From the NCBI RefSeq assembly GCF_046119375.1, contig NW_027362767.1, positions 421,166,001 to 421,230,000 on the forward strand: a stretch of 64,000 nucleotides of DNA. The letters are read 5' to 3'. The translations under genes and the position numbers were made by a program. A model generated the notes under the pieces. That model was not told where the DNA came from and did not search any database. It was given only the letters and a program-made list of their open reading frames with translations. Positions 23,101 to 35,700 of this stretch are shown one piece after another. Source of the DNA: Phyllobates terribilis (lineage: Eukaryota). The first letter of the stretch is position 1, and each line of letters begins with the position of its first letter.

Positions 23101-24588
23101 CAGGAGAAATTGCAGAACAAATTTCATGGTGCAATTTATCCTGTTACCCTTATGATAATACAAAATTAGGGAATGAAAAACATTTTTTGAGGGAAAAATG
23201 TGAAAATTTTATTTTTACGGCTCAATATTATAAACTTCTGTGAAGCAGCTGGGGGTGCAAGGTGCTCACCACACATCTAGATAAGTTCCCTAAGGGGTCT
23301 AGTTTCCAAAATGGTGGCACTTGTGGGGGGTTTCCACTGTTTAGTCACATTAGGGGCTCCCCAAATGCGACATGGCGTCTGCTAATTATTCAAACAAATT
23401 TTACATTCAAAAAGTCAAATGGCCCTCCTTCCCTTTCAAACCCTGCCATGTGCCCAAACAGTAATTTGCCTCCACATATGGGGTATCAGCGTGTTCAGGA
23501 GAAATTGCATGACAAATTTCATGGTGCAATTTATCCTATTACCCTTATGATAATGCAAAATTAAGGGATGAAAAACGGTTTTGTGGGAAAAATGTGAAAA
23601 TTTTATTTTTACAGCTCAATATTATAAACTTCTGTGAAGCACCTTGGGGTTCAAGGTGCTCACCACACATCTAGATAAGTTCCCTAAGGGGTCTAGTTTC
23701 CAAAATGGTGTCACTTGTGGGGGGTTTCCACTGTTTAGGCACATCAGGAGCTCTCCAAACGCAACATAGCGTCTGCTAATTATTCAGACAAATTTTACAT
23801 TCAAAAAGTCTAATGGCGCTCCTTCCCTTCCGAACCCTGCCGTGCGCCCAAACAGTGGTTTTCCCTCACATATGGGGTATCAGCACACTCAAGAGAAATT
23901 GCACAAAAAATTTGGGGTCCATTTTTTCATGTTACCCCTGTAAAAATAAAAAAAATTGGGTCTAAAGTAACATTTTTGTGAAAAAAGTTAAATGTTAATT
24001 TTTTTCTTCCACATTCCAAAAATTCCTGTGAAGCACCTGAAGGGTTAATAAAGTTCTTGAATGTGGTTTTGAGCACCTTGGGGGGTGCAGTTTTTAGAAT
24101 GGTGTCACTTTTGGGTATTTTCTGTCATAAAGACCCCTCAAAGTGACTTCAAATATGATGTGGTCCCTAAAAAAATGTTTTTTGTAAATTTTGTTGGAAA
24201 AATGAGAAATCGCTGGTCAACTTTTAACCCTTATAGCTCCCTAACAAAAATTGTGCTGATGTAAAGTAGACATGTGGGAAATGTTATTTATTAACTATTT
24301 TGTGTGACATATCTCTCTGATTTAAGGGCATGAAAATTCAAAGTTTGAAAATTGCAAAATTTTCAAAATTTTCGCCAAATTTCCGATTTTTTTTTACAAA
24401 TAAACACAAGTTATATCGAAGAAATTTTACCACTATCATGAAGTACAATATGTCACGAAAAAACAACTACAGAATCAGGGGAATACGTTGAAGCGTTCCA
24501 GAGTAATTACTTCATAAACTGGCAGTGGTCAGAATTGAAAAAATTGGCCCGGTCACGAAGGCAAAAACAGGCTCTGGCGCCGAATTGG
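20147..24588. mobile_element. ~4.4-kb non-autonomous TTAA-target DNA element with an internal 395-bp tandem array, nested in a shorter TTAA-family element (~20050-24700)
   Basis: TTAA at 20143-46 and 24589-92; termini CCGGTTCCCGACC / GGCGCCGAATTGG match only weakly; 395-bp period (ORF copies at 22867 and 23262; units at ~22781, 23176, 23571); the two flanks join into one sequence resembling the 36203 element. The superfamily (piggyBac or Kolobok) cannot be fixed. Confidence 0.75.
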
Positions 24589-24746
24589 TTAATCTTTCTG
24601 TCCAACATCGCCGTATCAGGGTTTGTCGTTTTGTAGGACCTCTTGTAGTTTATTTTGACATAATTCATTTAACCATTTCATTTACCGAAAGATGGAAAAA
24701 TATTAGAACCTAATTCCTCATTTACTTGGCCGTCTGGTACAGTCAT

Positions 24747-25016
24747 TCATCTGGTAAGAGGTGAATCCATGTCCTCCAGCTCATCCTCTTGTGCAGACTG
24801 TGTCTGAACCACTGATGGATCTCCGAGAAATCCGGTCTCCTCAGTGATCCGGCCTGAAGACGAGGGTGGGAGCGAAGCGTCAGCACTTTCCAACGTCTTC
24901 CCAGTATCGGGCGGCGCACAGTATACATGGCCGGTCTCCCAGACTCCATTCATGGTACAAATAATCTCAACTGGAACCGGCCGAGGCATCGACGTAACGC
25001 AGACCAAAGAGGAAGC
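24747..25016 (-). other. Candidate orphan terminal coding exon (89 aa) resembling the C-terminal half of a sushi/CCP module plus an acidic tail
   Basis: Acceptor ttattattgtgcag|GCT at 25018-17; frame ASSLVCVTSMPRPVPVEIICTMNGVWETGHVYC...; C-x13-C-x3-G-x-W-x6-C spacing; TGA 24749-47; AATAAA at 24654-49 (inside repeat-derived sequence). Upstream exons not identified. Confidence 0.35.
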
Positions 25017-26429
25017 CTGCACAATAATAATAAAGATTCTAATATGTCCTCCATAGTTAGCTGAAGTATCCCCTCCGCGCACCACACTCTGGAGCTCTTA
25101 CTTTTTTTTATCCTTCTGTCCAACTCCACCATACAAAGTCTTGTTTTTTGCAGGACGTGTTGTAGTTTTAATTGACACCATTCATTTTACAGTATCGTGT
25201 ACTGAAAGACGGAAAAAAGGGAGAAGAAATGGTGGGAAAGAGAAAAGCATTCCGCCATTCGGACACAAATGGCAAGAGGGATCAAAATCGGACAATTTTT
25301 CTTTTGCTCATCCGAACCCGACCTTTGGCGGCCTTTAATTACCGCGGGATCCTACCTGCCCTTTTATAGTTGTAGCATTTGGCCCAGGAGAGACATATCT
25401 GATAAATATTAAGTTTAAGGTCCGGTCATCGCCTTGTCGTGGCTGGTGGGCTCTCATGAATTGGCCAATTTCTGTGCTTTTTACCTTCATTCTCTAGGTC
25501 TGGTCCATACGGCCGTAACGTCTTTGCTTTTAGCGTCTGCTTATTGCTGCTGCACTTTTTTTTTTATTAAAACCCAAGGCCATTATTTATCTAAAAAATA
25601 GATGTCACCATCCGATCACAGTACATTTATTACTAATTATTGGAGATATATAATTTTTTTATTAGTTTTGGCAAAAGAGGGTGACTAGAGCATCTAGAAT
25701 TTTTTTTTTATTTAAAGGAGAAATGTTCTTGTACAACTGATTACTGTATTATGGATTTTTTTTTAATGATAAGTAGTGTTACATGTATTTATTGACAGAT
25801 AAGCTATAACCGGACACTTTAGTAAAAAAATCTATATATTATGAAGAGTTCTGGCTCCGAGGGGGTGGATATCTTGGGTCAGGCCCCACCCCTGAGGTCC
25901 TGCGTTCAGACCAATATCCCTTCTCATTGTGAGTCTGGTTCTTGCTACTGAGTTGTTTCCTGATATAATAATGCATGGTCGGGGGGAGGGAGGGGATTCT
26001 TTAGTCGCAGTCAGATGTCGCGCAGAGGACGGAGTTTTATCATTGGTGCCGCTGCTGTATCATATCCTGTACTGTATTATTACCCTATCTGTGATGTTCT
26101 GCGTGCAGTATTAAAGTGAAGCTGATCAGAGCCACTGTGAAGAGTCTCTCTCCCATTTATTTAAGGGGAAATTTGCAGGTGCCTATGGCTTTCCTGATGA
26201 CCGGGTAGGGGTACAATAGCAGCTGGACCCCCAGTGATCAGTGTTGGATGCTGCGCCCTTCAGGTCACATCACCCTCCTTTCCCAGTGTCTCTGGCTGCC
26301 ACCAGGGCTCGGCGTCATGGCGGATAGAGGAACAGAGCATCATTCACATGAGTCAGCCCACCACTCTGGAGCACAGCACCAGGCCATGGGGGACTTTGGG
26401 CCTGGGAGTCCTCGTGCTTTTTGAGTCAA

Positions 26430-26697
26430 GTATTTTTTAAATTTATTTTGCTCACTTATATAGCGCCATTAATTCCACAGCACTTTACATACATCATCAT
26501 CACTGTCCCCATTGGGGCTCACAATCTACATTCCCTATCAGTTTGTCTATGGAGTGTGGGAGAAAACCTGGAGGAAACCCACGCAAACAGTGGGAGAACG
26601 TACAAACTCCTTGCAGATGTTGTCCTTGGTTGGATTTGAACCCACAACACCAGCGCTGCAAGGCAGCAGTGCTAACCACTGAGCCACCATGCTGCCC
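26430..26697 (-). mobile_element. tRNA-derived SINE (V-SINE-like) with an L2-type tail
   Basis: 5' GGGCAGCATGGTGGCTCAGTGGTTAGCACTG (A box), GGTTCAAATCC (B box), core GGAGTTTGTACGTTCTCCC..GTGGGTTTCCTCC, tail GTAAAGTGCTGTGGAATTAATGGCGCTATATAAG. Confidence 0.9.
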
Positions 26698-26768
26698 ACT
26701 GTACAGTGCTAAGCACTGAGCCACCATGCTCTCCAAGTATGTCAATAAAGCTTGCTTTTCAAGGCCAT

Positions 26769-26959
26769 GGCCCCACTATCAGTATTCGGTCAGTATTTGG
26801 TCAGTATTTTTTCTCAGGAGTGGGTGCCAAAACCAGGAATGATTGATAAATGCAGAATTGGTGACTGGTTTCTATTATACCTTTTCTCTGATTGTTCCTC
26901 ACCTGGTTTTGGCTCCCACTCCTGAGAAAAAATACTGATCGAATACTGATAGTGGGGCC
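26769..26959. mobile_element. Palindromic MITE (~190 bp)
   Basis: Long inverted arms GGCCCCACTATCAGTATTCG..TATTTTTTCTCAGGAGTGGG.GCCAAAACCAGG and their reverse complement. Confidence 0.85.
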
Positions 26960-26970
26960 TACTACTGCAA

Positions 26971-27811
26971 CTCCGCTTGCAGTGCATTCTTGCAGATCTC
27001 CGCTTGCAGTGCATTCTTTCAGATCTCCGCTTGCAGTGCATTCTTACAGATCTCCGCTTGCAGTGCATTCTTTCAGATCTCCGCTTGCAGTGCATTCTTG
27101 CAGATCTCCGCATGCAGTGCATTCTTACAGATCTCCGCTTGCAGTGCATTCTGACAGATCTCCGCTTGCAGTGCATTCTGACAGATCTCCGCTTGCAGTG
27201 CATTCTTACAGATCTCCGCTTGCAGTGCTTTCTTACAGATCTCCGCTTGCTGTGCATTCTTGCAGATCTCCGCTTGCAGTGCATTCTGCCATCTCTGCTT
27301 GCAATGCATTCTGACAGATCTCCGCTTGCAGTGCATTCTTGCAGATCTCCGCTTGCAGTGCATTCTTGCAGATCTCCGCTTGCAGTGCATTCTTGCAGAT
27401 CTCCGCTTGCAGTGCATTCTGACAGATCTCCGCTTGCAGTGCATTCTGACAGATCTCCGCTTGCAGTGCATTCTTGCAGATCTCCGCTTGCAGTGCATTC
27501 TTGCAGATCTCCGCTTGCTGTGCATTCTTGCAGATCTCCGCTTGCAGTGCATTCTGCCATCTCCGCTTGCAGTGCATTCTTGCAGATCTCCGCTTGCAGT
27601 GCATTCTTGCAGATCTCCGCTTGCAGTGCATTCTGACAGATCTCCGCTTGCAGTGCATTCTTGCAGATCTCCGCTTGCAGTGCATTCTTGCAGATCTCCG
27701 CTTGCAGTGCATTCTTTCAGATCTCCGCTTGCAGTGCATTCTTTCAGATCTCCGCATGCAGTGCATTCTTGCAGATCTCCGCTTGCATTGCATTCTGGGA
27801 GATCTCCACTT
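26971..27811. repeat. 27-bp minisatellite (~31 copies)
   Basis: Unit CTCCGCTTGCAGTGCATTCTTGCAGAT with 26-bp variants. Confidence 0.96.
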
Positions 27812-27931
27812 GCTTTCAGTGAGTTTTAATTAACATCCATAACCAAGAATCAGATCCATCGAACCGATACTTTGTAGTGAACTGTCTGGCCGATCAGGAC
27901 AAGTCATTGTCTTGTTGCCATACACTGACAG

Positions 27932-30233
27932 TAATAATATAATAATAATAATTTTTATTTATATAGCGCCAACATATTCCGCAGCACTTTACAATTAAGT
28001 GGGGACATGTAAACAGTTACATTAGGAGAGAGGTCCCTGCTCGCAAGCTTACAATCTACAAGGAAATGGGGGGACACAATAGGTGGAAAGTGCTTGTTAT
28101 TTCAGGTCAGGCAATTATAATAAGGCTGTGTGCACACGATGCGTTTTTAATGCGTTTCCGCGGCGTTTCTGCAGCTGCGGAAACGCATTAAAAACGCATG
28201 GTAGAAGGGCAGCAATGTTCCCCAATGGAAATCCGCATGCGCTGTGCCCATGATGCGGATTTTTCCGCAGCGTAAACGCGATCAAAGATCCGCAGCATGT
28301 CCATTAATTTTGCAGAAATGCTGCTTTTTCGCCGCCATTGACTTGCATTAGAACGCATGGAATCCGCATCACTGTATATGTAGATGCGCATTCCATGCGT
28401 TCTAATGTGCGGATGGACTCTCATCCAGACCCAGGTACCATTAAAAAAAAAGAATAAAATAAAAAATATATATATACTCACCTTCTGGCGTCCCGCGCTG
28501 CGTCCTCCTGGCTTCCCGGGCACTTCGCGGTTGAATGAAGGACCTACGCTGACGTCAGAGTCATGTGACGGGTCACGTGACGCTGACGTCGGCAGGTCCT
28601 TCAGTCTTACACTGCCGGCAGCCGGGACGGAGGGAAGCATGACACCGGAGGGCCATCGGAGGGTAGTATATATTTATTTTTTTATTTTTTGACATTCACA
28701 CACTATATAAATGCATGCCGGTTGCATGGATTTATATAGTGTGACCAAGTTGTCAAGCACTTTCCAAGTGATGCTAAAATCGCTTGGAAAGCGCTTGTCA
28801 ACCCGCATGCGGAAATGAAAGTGAAGAACGCTTCACATCCGCATGTCCCTGGCAGGAAAATGCATGTACAATCCGCATGTACAATCCGCATGTGTTTTTT
28901 CCTGCCAGGGAGATGCAGAAACGCTCAGGAAAAAATCCTGAGCATTTCTGCATCGTGTGCACATACCCTAAATCGGGATTATCATATAAAGCTGTATGAT
29001 CCGGTCATCAGCCTGTATGTTCAAGTGCAATACTCAATTACCGAGTGCAGTTATCGTGTGCATGGAGGGTGTAGAGACAGATGAACAGTGGGGGGCAGAA
29101 TCTGAATAGTATTTAGGAGGGAACAGGGGAAAGTTAGTTTACTGGGTAGTTGAGGTGGTAGGCTTGTTTAAAGAGATGGGTTTTTAAAGCGCGCTTGAAG
29201 ACATCGGGGCAAGGCATCAATCGGATCGTCTGGGGTAGAGCATTCCAGAGAACTGGCGCAGCACGAGAGAAGTCTTGGAGACGGAGGTGCGAGGTTCGGA
29301 TTATGGGGGATGTTAGTCTTAGGTCATTTGTGGAACGGAGGGCACGTGTAGGACGATAGACTGAGATGAGAGAGGAGATATAAGGTGGTGCAGAACTGTG
29401 GAGAGCTTTGTGGGTGAGAGTGATGAGTTTATATTGGACCCTGTAGCGAATGGATAACCAGTGTAATGACTGGCACAAGGTGGAGGCATCGGTGAAGCGG
29501 CTGGACAGAAATACCACCCTGGCTGCCGCATTCAGGACAGATTGGAGAGGGGAAATTTTGGTAAGAGGGAGACCGATCAGGAGAGAGTTGCCGTAGTCCA
29601 GACGAGAGTGAATAAGATCGACAGTAAGAGTTTTAGCAGTGAGAAAAGATCGGATTCTGGAGATGTTTTTAAGATGCAGGTGACAAGAGCGAGTGAGTGA
29701 TCGGATAAAGGGAGTAAAGGAAAGGTTAGTGTCGAATATGACCCCGAGGCAGCGGGCGTGCTGCTTGGGAGTTATGGTTGAACCCTCCAAGGTAATTTCG
29801 ATGTTAGGTAGAGTTAGGTTAGTAGAGGGGGGAAACACAAGAAGTTCAGTTTTGGAGAGATTCAGTTTAAGATAGAGGGAGGACATGATGCTAGACACAG
29901 CAGACAAACAATCCTTGGTATTTTGTATTAGGGTAGGGGTGATGTCACGGGAAGAAGTGTATAATTGGGTGTCGTCAGCATAGAGATGATACTGGAACCC
30001 AAATCTGCTGATTGTTTGTCCAATAGGGGCAGTGTATAGAGAGAAGAGGAGGGGGCCTAGGACTGAGCCCTGCGGAACCCCGATAGTAAGGGGATGAGGA
30101 GGGGAAGAGGAGCCGGCAAAAGATACAGTGAAGGAGCGGTCAGAGAGGTAGGAGGAGAACCAGGAGAGAACAGTGTCCTTGAGGCCAATAGTGCAGAGCA
30201 TAGTGAGGAGGAGCTGGTGATCCACAGTGTCAA
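27932..30233 (-). mobile_element. 5'-truncated L2-clade LINE; RT C-terminal part open for 363 codons (30225-29134); 3' UTR interrupted by a MITE
   Basis: [44 protein letters not shown]; L2-type tail ..GGCGCTATATAAATAAAAATTATTATT at 27932-27975. Confidence 0.95.
28124..28968. mobile_element. PIF/Harbinger-like MITE (~845 bp) inserted in the L2 3' UTR
   Basis: TIRs GGCTGTGTGCACACGATGC / GCATCGTGTGCACATACCC; TAA target duplication at both ends; same family as 33303-34089. Confidence 0.9.
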
Positions 30234-30709
30234 ATAAGTAAGCAGAGATCTTTAGAATTAAAGAGTAAATTAGAGCTGCAGAGAATTTAAGGGTTGTTCT
30301 AGTTTACAACCTCTTTATTATTGGCCAATTTTTCATTTTTGTGCTTTCGTTTTTTTTTCTCCTTATATTCTTCTATAATGTTGGCGGAAAAGAAAAGCAA
30401 CTCCACCATTGTTCTTGGGTTTTATGGCCTTTGTTTCCGCAGACTCCAGGCTCCTCCCGATGCGCTGGGTTACTTTATACCCAGAGTAGGTAGGTCAGAA
30501 GGTCTCCATGTCCGGACTTTAGGACATCACCTCTACTGACCCCAAAACACAAAGTTGCTTTTGGTATGCTGAAAACCATGGAAATAATCACAGATGTTTT
30601 GGGATTCTCTTCTGTGGAGTCGTGAAACAAAACTACAACCTTTTGGGACTATGGATCAGCTGTGTGTTGGGAGAAGGAAAGTTGAAGCATATGCTCAAAA
30701 GAAAAGCAT

Positions 30710-31810
30710 GGCAGGGGCTCGGTGATGCCTACAGTAAATGATGGTGGAGCTCGATGCCTACAGTGAACGATGATGGGGGCTCAGCGATACCTACAGTGAA
30801 GCATGGTGGGGTGCTTGGTGACGCCTACAGTGAAAGATGGCAGGAGCTTAGTGATGCTTGCAGTGAACTGTGGCAGGGGCTCGGTGACTCTTACATTGAA
30901 ATGTGGCAGGGGCTCGGTGACTCTTACATTGAAATGTGGCAGGGGCTCGGTGATGCCTACGGTGAAAGATGGCGGGGGATCGGTGACGCCTACAGTGAAA
31001 GATGGCGGAGCTCGGTGACGCCTAAAGTGAAAGATGGCAGAGCTCGGTGATGCCTAAAGTGAAAGATGGCGGGGCTCAATGATACCTACAGTGAAAGATG
31101 GCGGGGTCTCGGTCATGCCTACAGTGAAAGATGGTGGGGCTCGGTGACACCTACAGTGAAAGATGGCAGGGGCTCGGTGACTCCTACAGTGAAAGATGGC
31201 AGGGGCTCGGTGACTCCTACAGTGAAAGATGGCAGGGGCTCGGTGACTCCTACAGTGAAAGATGGTGGAGGCTCTGTGACGCCTACAGTGAAAGATGGCA
31301 GGGACTCAGTGACGCCTACAGTGAAAGATGGCGGAGGCTCTGTGACGCCTACAGTGAAAGATGGCAGGGGCTCGGTGACGCCTACAGTGAAAGATGGCAG
31401 GGGCTCGGTGACGCCTACAGTGAAAGATGGCAGGGTCTCGGTGACTCCTACAGTGAAAGATGGCAGGGTCTCGGTGACTCCTACAGTGAAAGATGGCGGA
31501 AGCTCTGTGATGCCTACAGTGAAAGATGGCAGGGGCTCGGTGACGCCTACAGTGAAAGATGGCGGCGGCTCGGTGATGCCCACAGTGAAAGATGGCGGAG
31601 GCTCGGTGACTCCTACAGTGAAAGATGGCGGGGCTCGGTGACGCCTACAGTGAAAGATGGCGGGGCTCGGTGACACCTACAGTGAAAGATGGCGGAGGCT
31701 CGGTGACTCCTACAGTGAAAGATGGCGGAGGCTCGGTGACGCCTACAGTGAAAGATGGCAGCGGCTCGGTGACGCCTACAGTGAAAGATGGTGGAGGCTC
31801 TGTGACGCCT
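30710..31810. repeat. 33-bp minisatellite (~33 copies)
   Basis: Unit GGCTCGGTGACGCCTACAGTGAAAGATGGCAGG; 11-aa periodic ORFs. Confidence 0.96.
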
Positions 31811-32189
31811 GACAACAGCTGATTGGCGGTGACCTCAGTGGTTTTGATGCCCCATAGCATCAGTGATCGGCATGGCGGCCGTGTCTCCTGACGTTGCCTC
31901 GTTCCTGGTCGGATATACCCTAGCACCCTGGCTGGCCTGCAGACCCCGGACAGGCACTTTTTTAATTTTTCACAGTCATTATCTGATTGAGGTCAGTTAG
32001 GAGACAAGTATATTGTAGTTTATCAGGTAACTGAGTAATCCTGGGCGTTGTAGTTCTTCACGATCTGTCGCCTACAGAGAGAGCACAGGCTTATCAGAAT
32101 CCCGCCTCCTCCCTCTGCTGCACAGCAGGCGCCTTTCAGACAGTTTATAGCGCAGCAGATGCCATATACAGAGCGATCACATCTGTCAG

Positions 32190-32640
32190 CGAGAACTACA
32201 ACTCCCAGCATGCATCGCCTGCCCTACATCGCGCGCATCCCTTCAGTCTTGTGAGCCAATCACAGCGCTGCTTATAACTCTGCTTCTGCGCGTCACCCCG
32301 ACCTCAGAGAAGTCACTGGATCAGAAGCAGCCAATCACAGGGCAGCAAGGCTGAAATCCAGGACCGAGACTGAGCGGCGCAGTGCGCACATCCCCGGCCG
32401 GGAGAAGCTGCTGGGGGGACGCAGGTGAGTGCTGGGGGGCTTGTGAGAGGCGGGACCCCCGATTATTCTACACAGCTCAGGGTGGCCATGCTGGGACTTG
32501 TAGTGCCTGTGCTGGTGATGTCCAGGTTTCTACTTCTCCCATCGCATTACAATAAGGATTACCAGGTAATCAATGCAATGTGCAAAGCAGATCAAGGAAG
32601 GGGGACCTGTATCTGCAGGACTACAACTCCCAGCATGCTC
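32190..32640 (+). promoter_or_regulatory. Putative promoter and non-coding exon 1 of ZNF-B
   Basis: CpG-rich; CCAAT boxes at ~32255 and ~32332; ZNF143/SBS-type ACTACAACTCCCAGCATGC at ~32194 and ~32621, plus a reverse copy at ~32487; donor CAG|GTGAGT at 32425. Confidence 0.7.
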
Positions 32641-32779
32641 CGATAGCCGCCCACTGTATGCAGGTAGTACACACCGGGGGCATAGGATAGTTTATTTTTA
32701 TTAATAATGGCGGCCCGGGCTGAAGACCACCATAATATGTATAATGGTGGTTATATACATCAGAGAACGGCATACACTG

Positions 32780-35700
32780 AGAAATCCGCCCCATAGGAAC
32801 GACGCTAAGAAGATGCCCCAGGAACGACCCTAAGAAGATGCCCCAAAGGAACGACACTAAGAAGATGCCCCAGGAACTACCCTAAGAAGATGCCCCATAG
32901 GAACGACACTAAGAAGATGCCCCAAAGGAACGACACTAAGAAGATGCCCCAGGAACTACCCTAAGAAGATGCCCCATAGGAACGACACTAAGAAGATGCC
33001 CCAAAGGAACGACACTAAGAAGATGCCCCAGGAACTACCCTAAGAAGATGCCCCAAAGGAACGACACTAAGAAGATGCCCCAGGAACTACCCTAAGAAGA
33101 TGCCCCATAGGAACGACACTAAGAAGATGCCCCAGGAACGACCCTAAGAAGATGCCCCAAAGGAACGACACTAAGAAGATGCCCCAGGAACTACCCTAAG
33201 AAGATGCCCCATAGGAACGACACTAAGAAGATGCTCCATAGGAACGACACTAAGAAGATGCCCCAGGAACGACCTTAAGAAAATGCCCCATAGGAACGAC
33301 ACTGGCTGCGTGCACACAATGCGTTTTTCATGCGTTTCCCCTGCGGAATTTCCGAAGCGGAAACGCATCAAAAACGCTTGGTAATCCGCACCCCATGGTC
33401 CCCAAGGGGATTCCGCAATGTCAATGCCCATGCTGCGGATTTTTCCGCAGCGTTTCTGCAGCGCTCATAAATCCGCAGCATGTTCATTAATTTTGCGGAA
33501 GCGCAGCGGAATTGCCGCCATTGACTTGCATTGAGATGCATAGAATCCGTGTCTGTACATTTGTACAAGCGGATAATATGCGTCTCTATGTGCGGATGGT
33601 ACCCAGTTCTGGAGGAGAGAAGACTCTCATCCAGACCTGGGTACCATTGTACCTGTAAAAAAAAGAATAAAATAATAAATAAAGTTTATATTCACCTGTC
33701 CGGCGGCCCCTGCAGCGCTTCTCCTTCCAGGACCTGAGATGACGTCGCGGTCATGTGACCGCAGGCTGTCTCACGAGATGCCGGCAACCCGGAAGAAGCC
33801 AGGACGAGCGCGACAGCACACGCGGCAGGGGATGGGGGGTAAGTATAGCTTTATTTTTTTATTTTTACAGTCACACTATATAAATCCATGCCTTTTGCAT
33901 GGATTTATATAGTGTGACCTAGTTGTCAAGCACTTTCCAAGTGATGCTATCGCCTGTGGGTTAACGCATGTGGGTACGCATGTATTCTGCAGGAAAAACG
34001 CATGCACAATCTGCATGCGTTTTTTCTGCCAGGGAGATGCAGAAATGCTGCAGAAATTTTCTGCTTCATTTCTGCATCGTGGGCACAGAAGATGCCGCAT
34101 AGGAACGACACTAAGAAGATGCCGCATAGGAACGACACTAAGAAGATGCCCCAGGACCGACCCTAAGAAGATGCCCCATAGGAACGACACTAGGAAGATG
34201 CTCCAGGAATGACACTAAGGAGATGCTCCAGGAACGACACTAGGAAGATGCTCCAGGAACGACACTAAGGAGATGCTCCAGGAACGACACTAAGGAGATG
34301 CTCCAGGAACGACACTAAGGAGATGCTCCAGGGACGAGACTAAGGAGATGCTCCAGGGACGAGACTAAGGAGATGCTCCAGGGACGAGACTAAGGAGATG
34401 CTCCAGGAACGACACTAAGGAGATGCCCCAGGAACGACACTAAGGAGATGCTCCAGGAACGACACTAGGAAGATGCTCCAGGAACGACACTAAGGAGATG
34501 CTCCAGGAACGACACTAAGGAGATGCTCCAGGAACGACACTAAGGAGATGCTCCAGGAACGACACTAGGAAGATGCTCCAGGAACGACACTAAGGAGATG
34601 CTCCAGGAACGACACTAAGAAGATGCTCCAGGAACGAGACTAAGGAGATGTTCCTGGAGCGACACTAAGGAGATGCCCCAGGAACGACACTAGGAAGATG
34701 CTCCAGGAACGACACTAAGGAGATGCTCCAGGAACGAGACTAAGGAGATGCCCCAGGAACGACACTAGGAAGATGCTCCAGGAACGACACTAAGGAGATG
34801 CCCCAGGAACGACACTAAGAAGATGCTCCAGGAACGACACTAAGGAGATGTTCCAGGAACGACACTAAGGAGATGCCCCAGGAACGACACTAGGAAGATG
34901 CTCCAGGAATGACACTAAGGAGATGCTCCAGGAACGACACTAGGAAGATGCTCCAGGAACGACACTAAGGAGATGCTCCAGGAACGACACTAAGGAGATG
35001 CTCCAGGAACGACACTAAGGAGATGCTCCAGGGACAAGACTAAGGAGATGCTCCAGGGACGAGACTAAGGAGATGCTCCAGGGACGAGACTAAGGAGATG
35101 CTCCAGGGACGAGACTAAGGAGATGCTCCAGGGATGAGACTAAGGAGATGCTCCAGGAACGACACTAAGGAGATGCCCCAGGAACGACACTAGGAAGATG
35201 CTCCAGGAACGACACTAAGGAGATGCTCCAGGAACGACACTAAGGAGATGCTCCAGGAACGACACTAAGGAGATGCTCCAGGAACGACACTAGGAAGATG
35301 CTCCAGGAACGACACTAAGGAGATGCTCCAGGAACGACACTAAGGAGATGCTCCAGGAACGACACTAGGAAGATGCTCCAGGAACGACACTAAGGAGATG
35401 CTCCAGGAACGACACTAAGAAGATGCTCCAGGAACGAGACTAAGGAGATGTTCCAGGAACGACACTAAGGAGATGCTCCAGGAACGACACTAAGGAGATG
35501 CCCCAGGAACGACACTAGGAAGATGCTCCAGGAACGACACTAAGGAGATGCTCCAGGAACGACACTAAGGAGATGTTCCAGGAACGACACTAAGGAGATG
35601 TTCCAGGAACGACACTAAGGAGATGCTCCAGGAACGACACTAAGGAGATGCTCCAGGAACGACACTAAGGAGATTCTCCAGGAACGACACTAAGGAGATG

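Noticed and set aside
22040-23564. 100-aa duplicated ORFs (MLTTHLDKFPKG..)
   Set aside because: They reflect the 395-bp repeat period, start at GTG and show no transposase motifs.
25475-25530. Candidate small exon on either strand near 25.5 kb
   Set aside because: The minus-strand acceptor lacks a pyrimidine tract, the plus-strand option is ~17 nt with a weak donor, and no product is recognisable.
26330-26420. Minus-strand RTPRPKVPHGLVLCS as the first half of the sushi-like module
   Set aside because: No first cysteine, a stop follows, there is no convincing donor, and the upstream side is cut by the SINE; too weak to call.
26620-26697. Possible tRNA gene (A and B boxes)
   Set aside because: It continues into a SINE core and LINE-type tail, so it is a SINE head rather than a tRNA.
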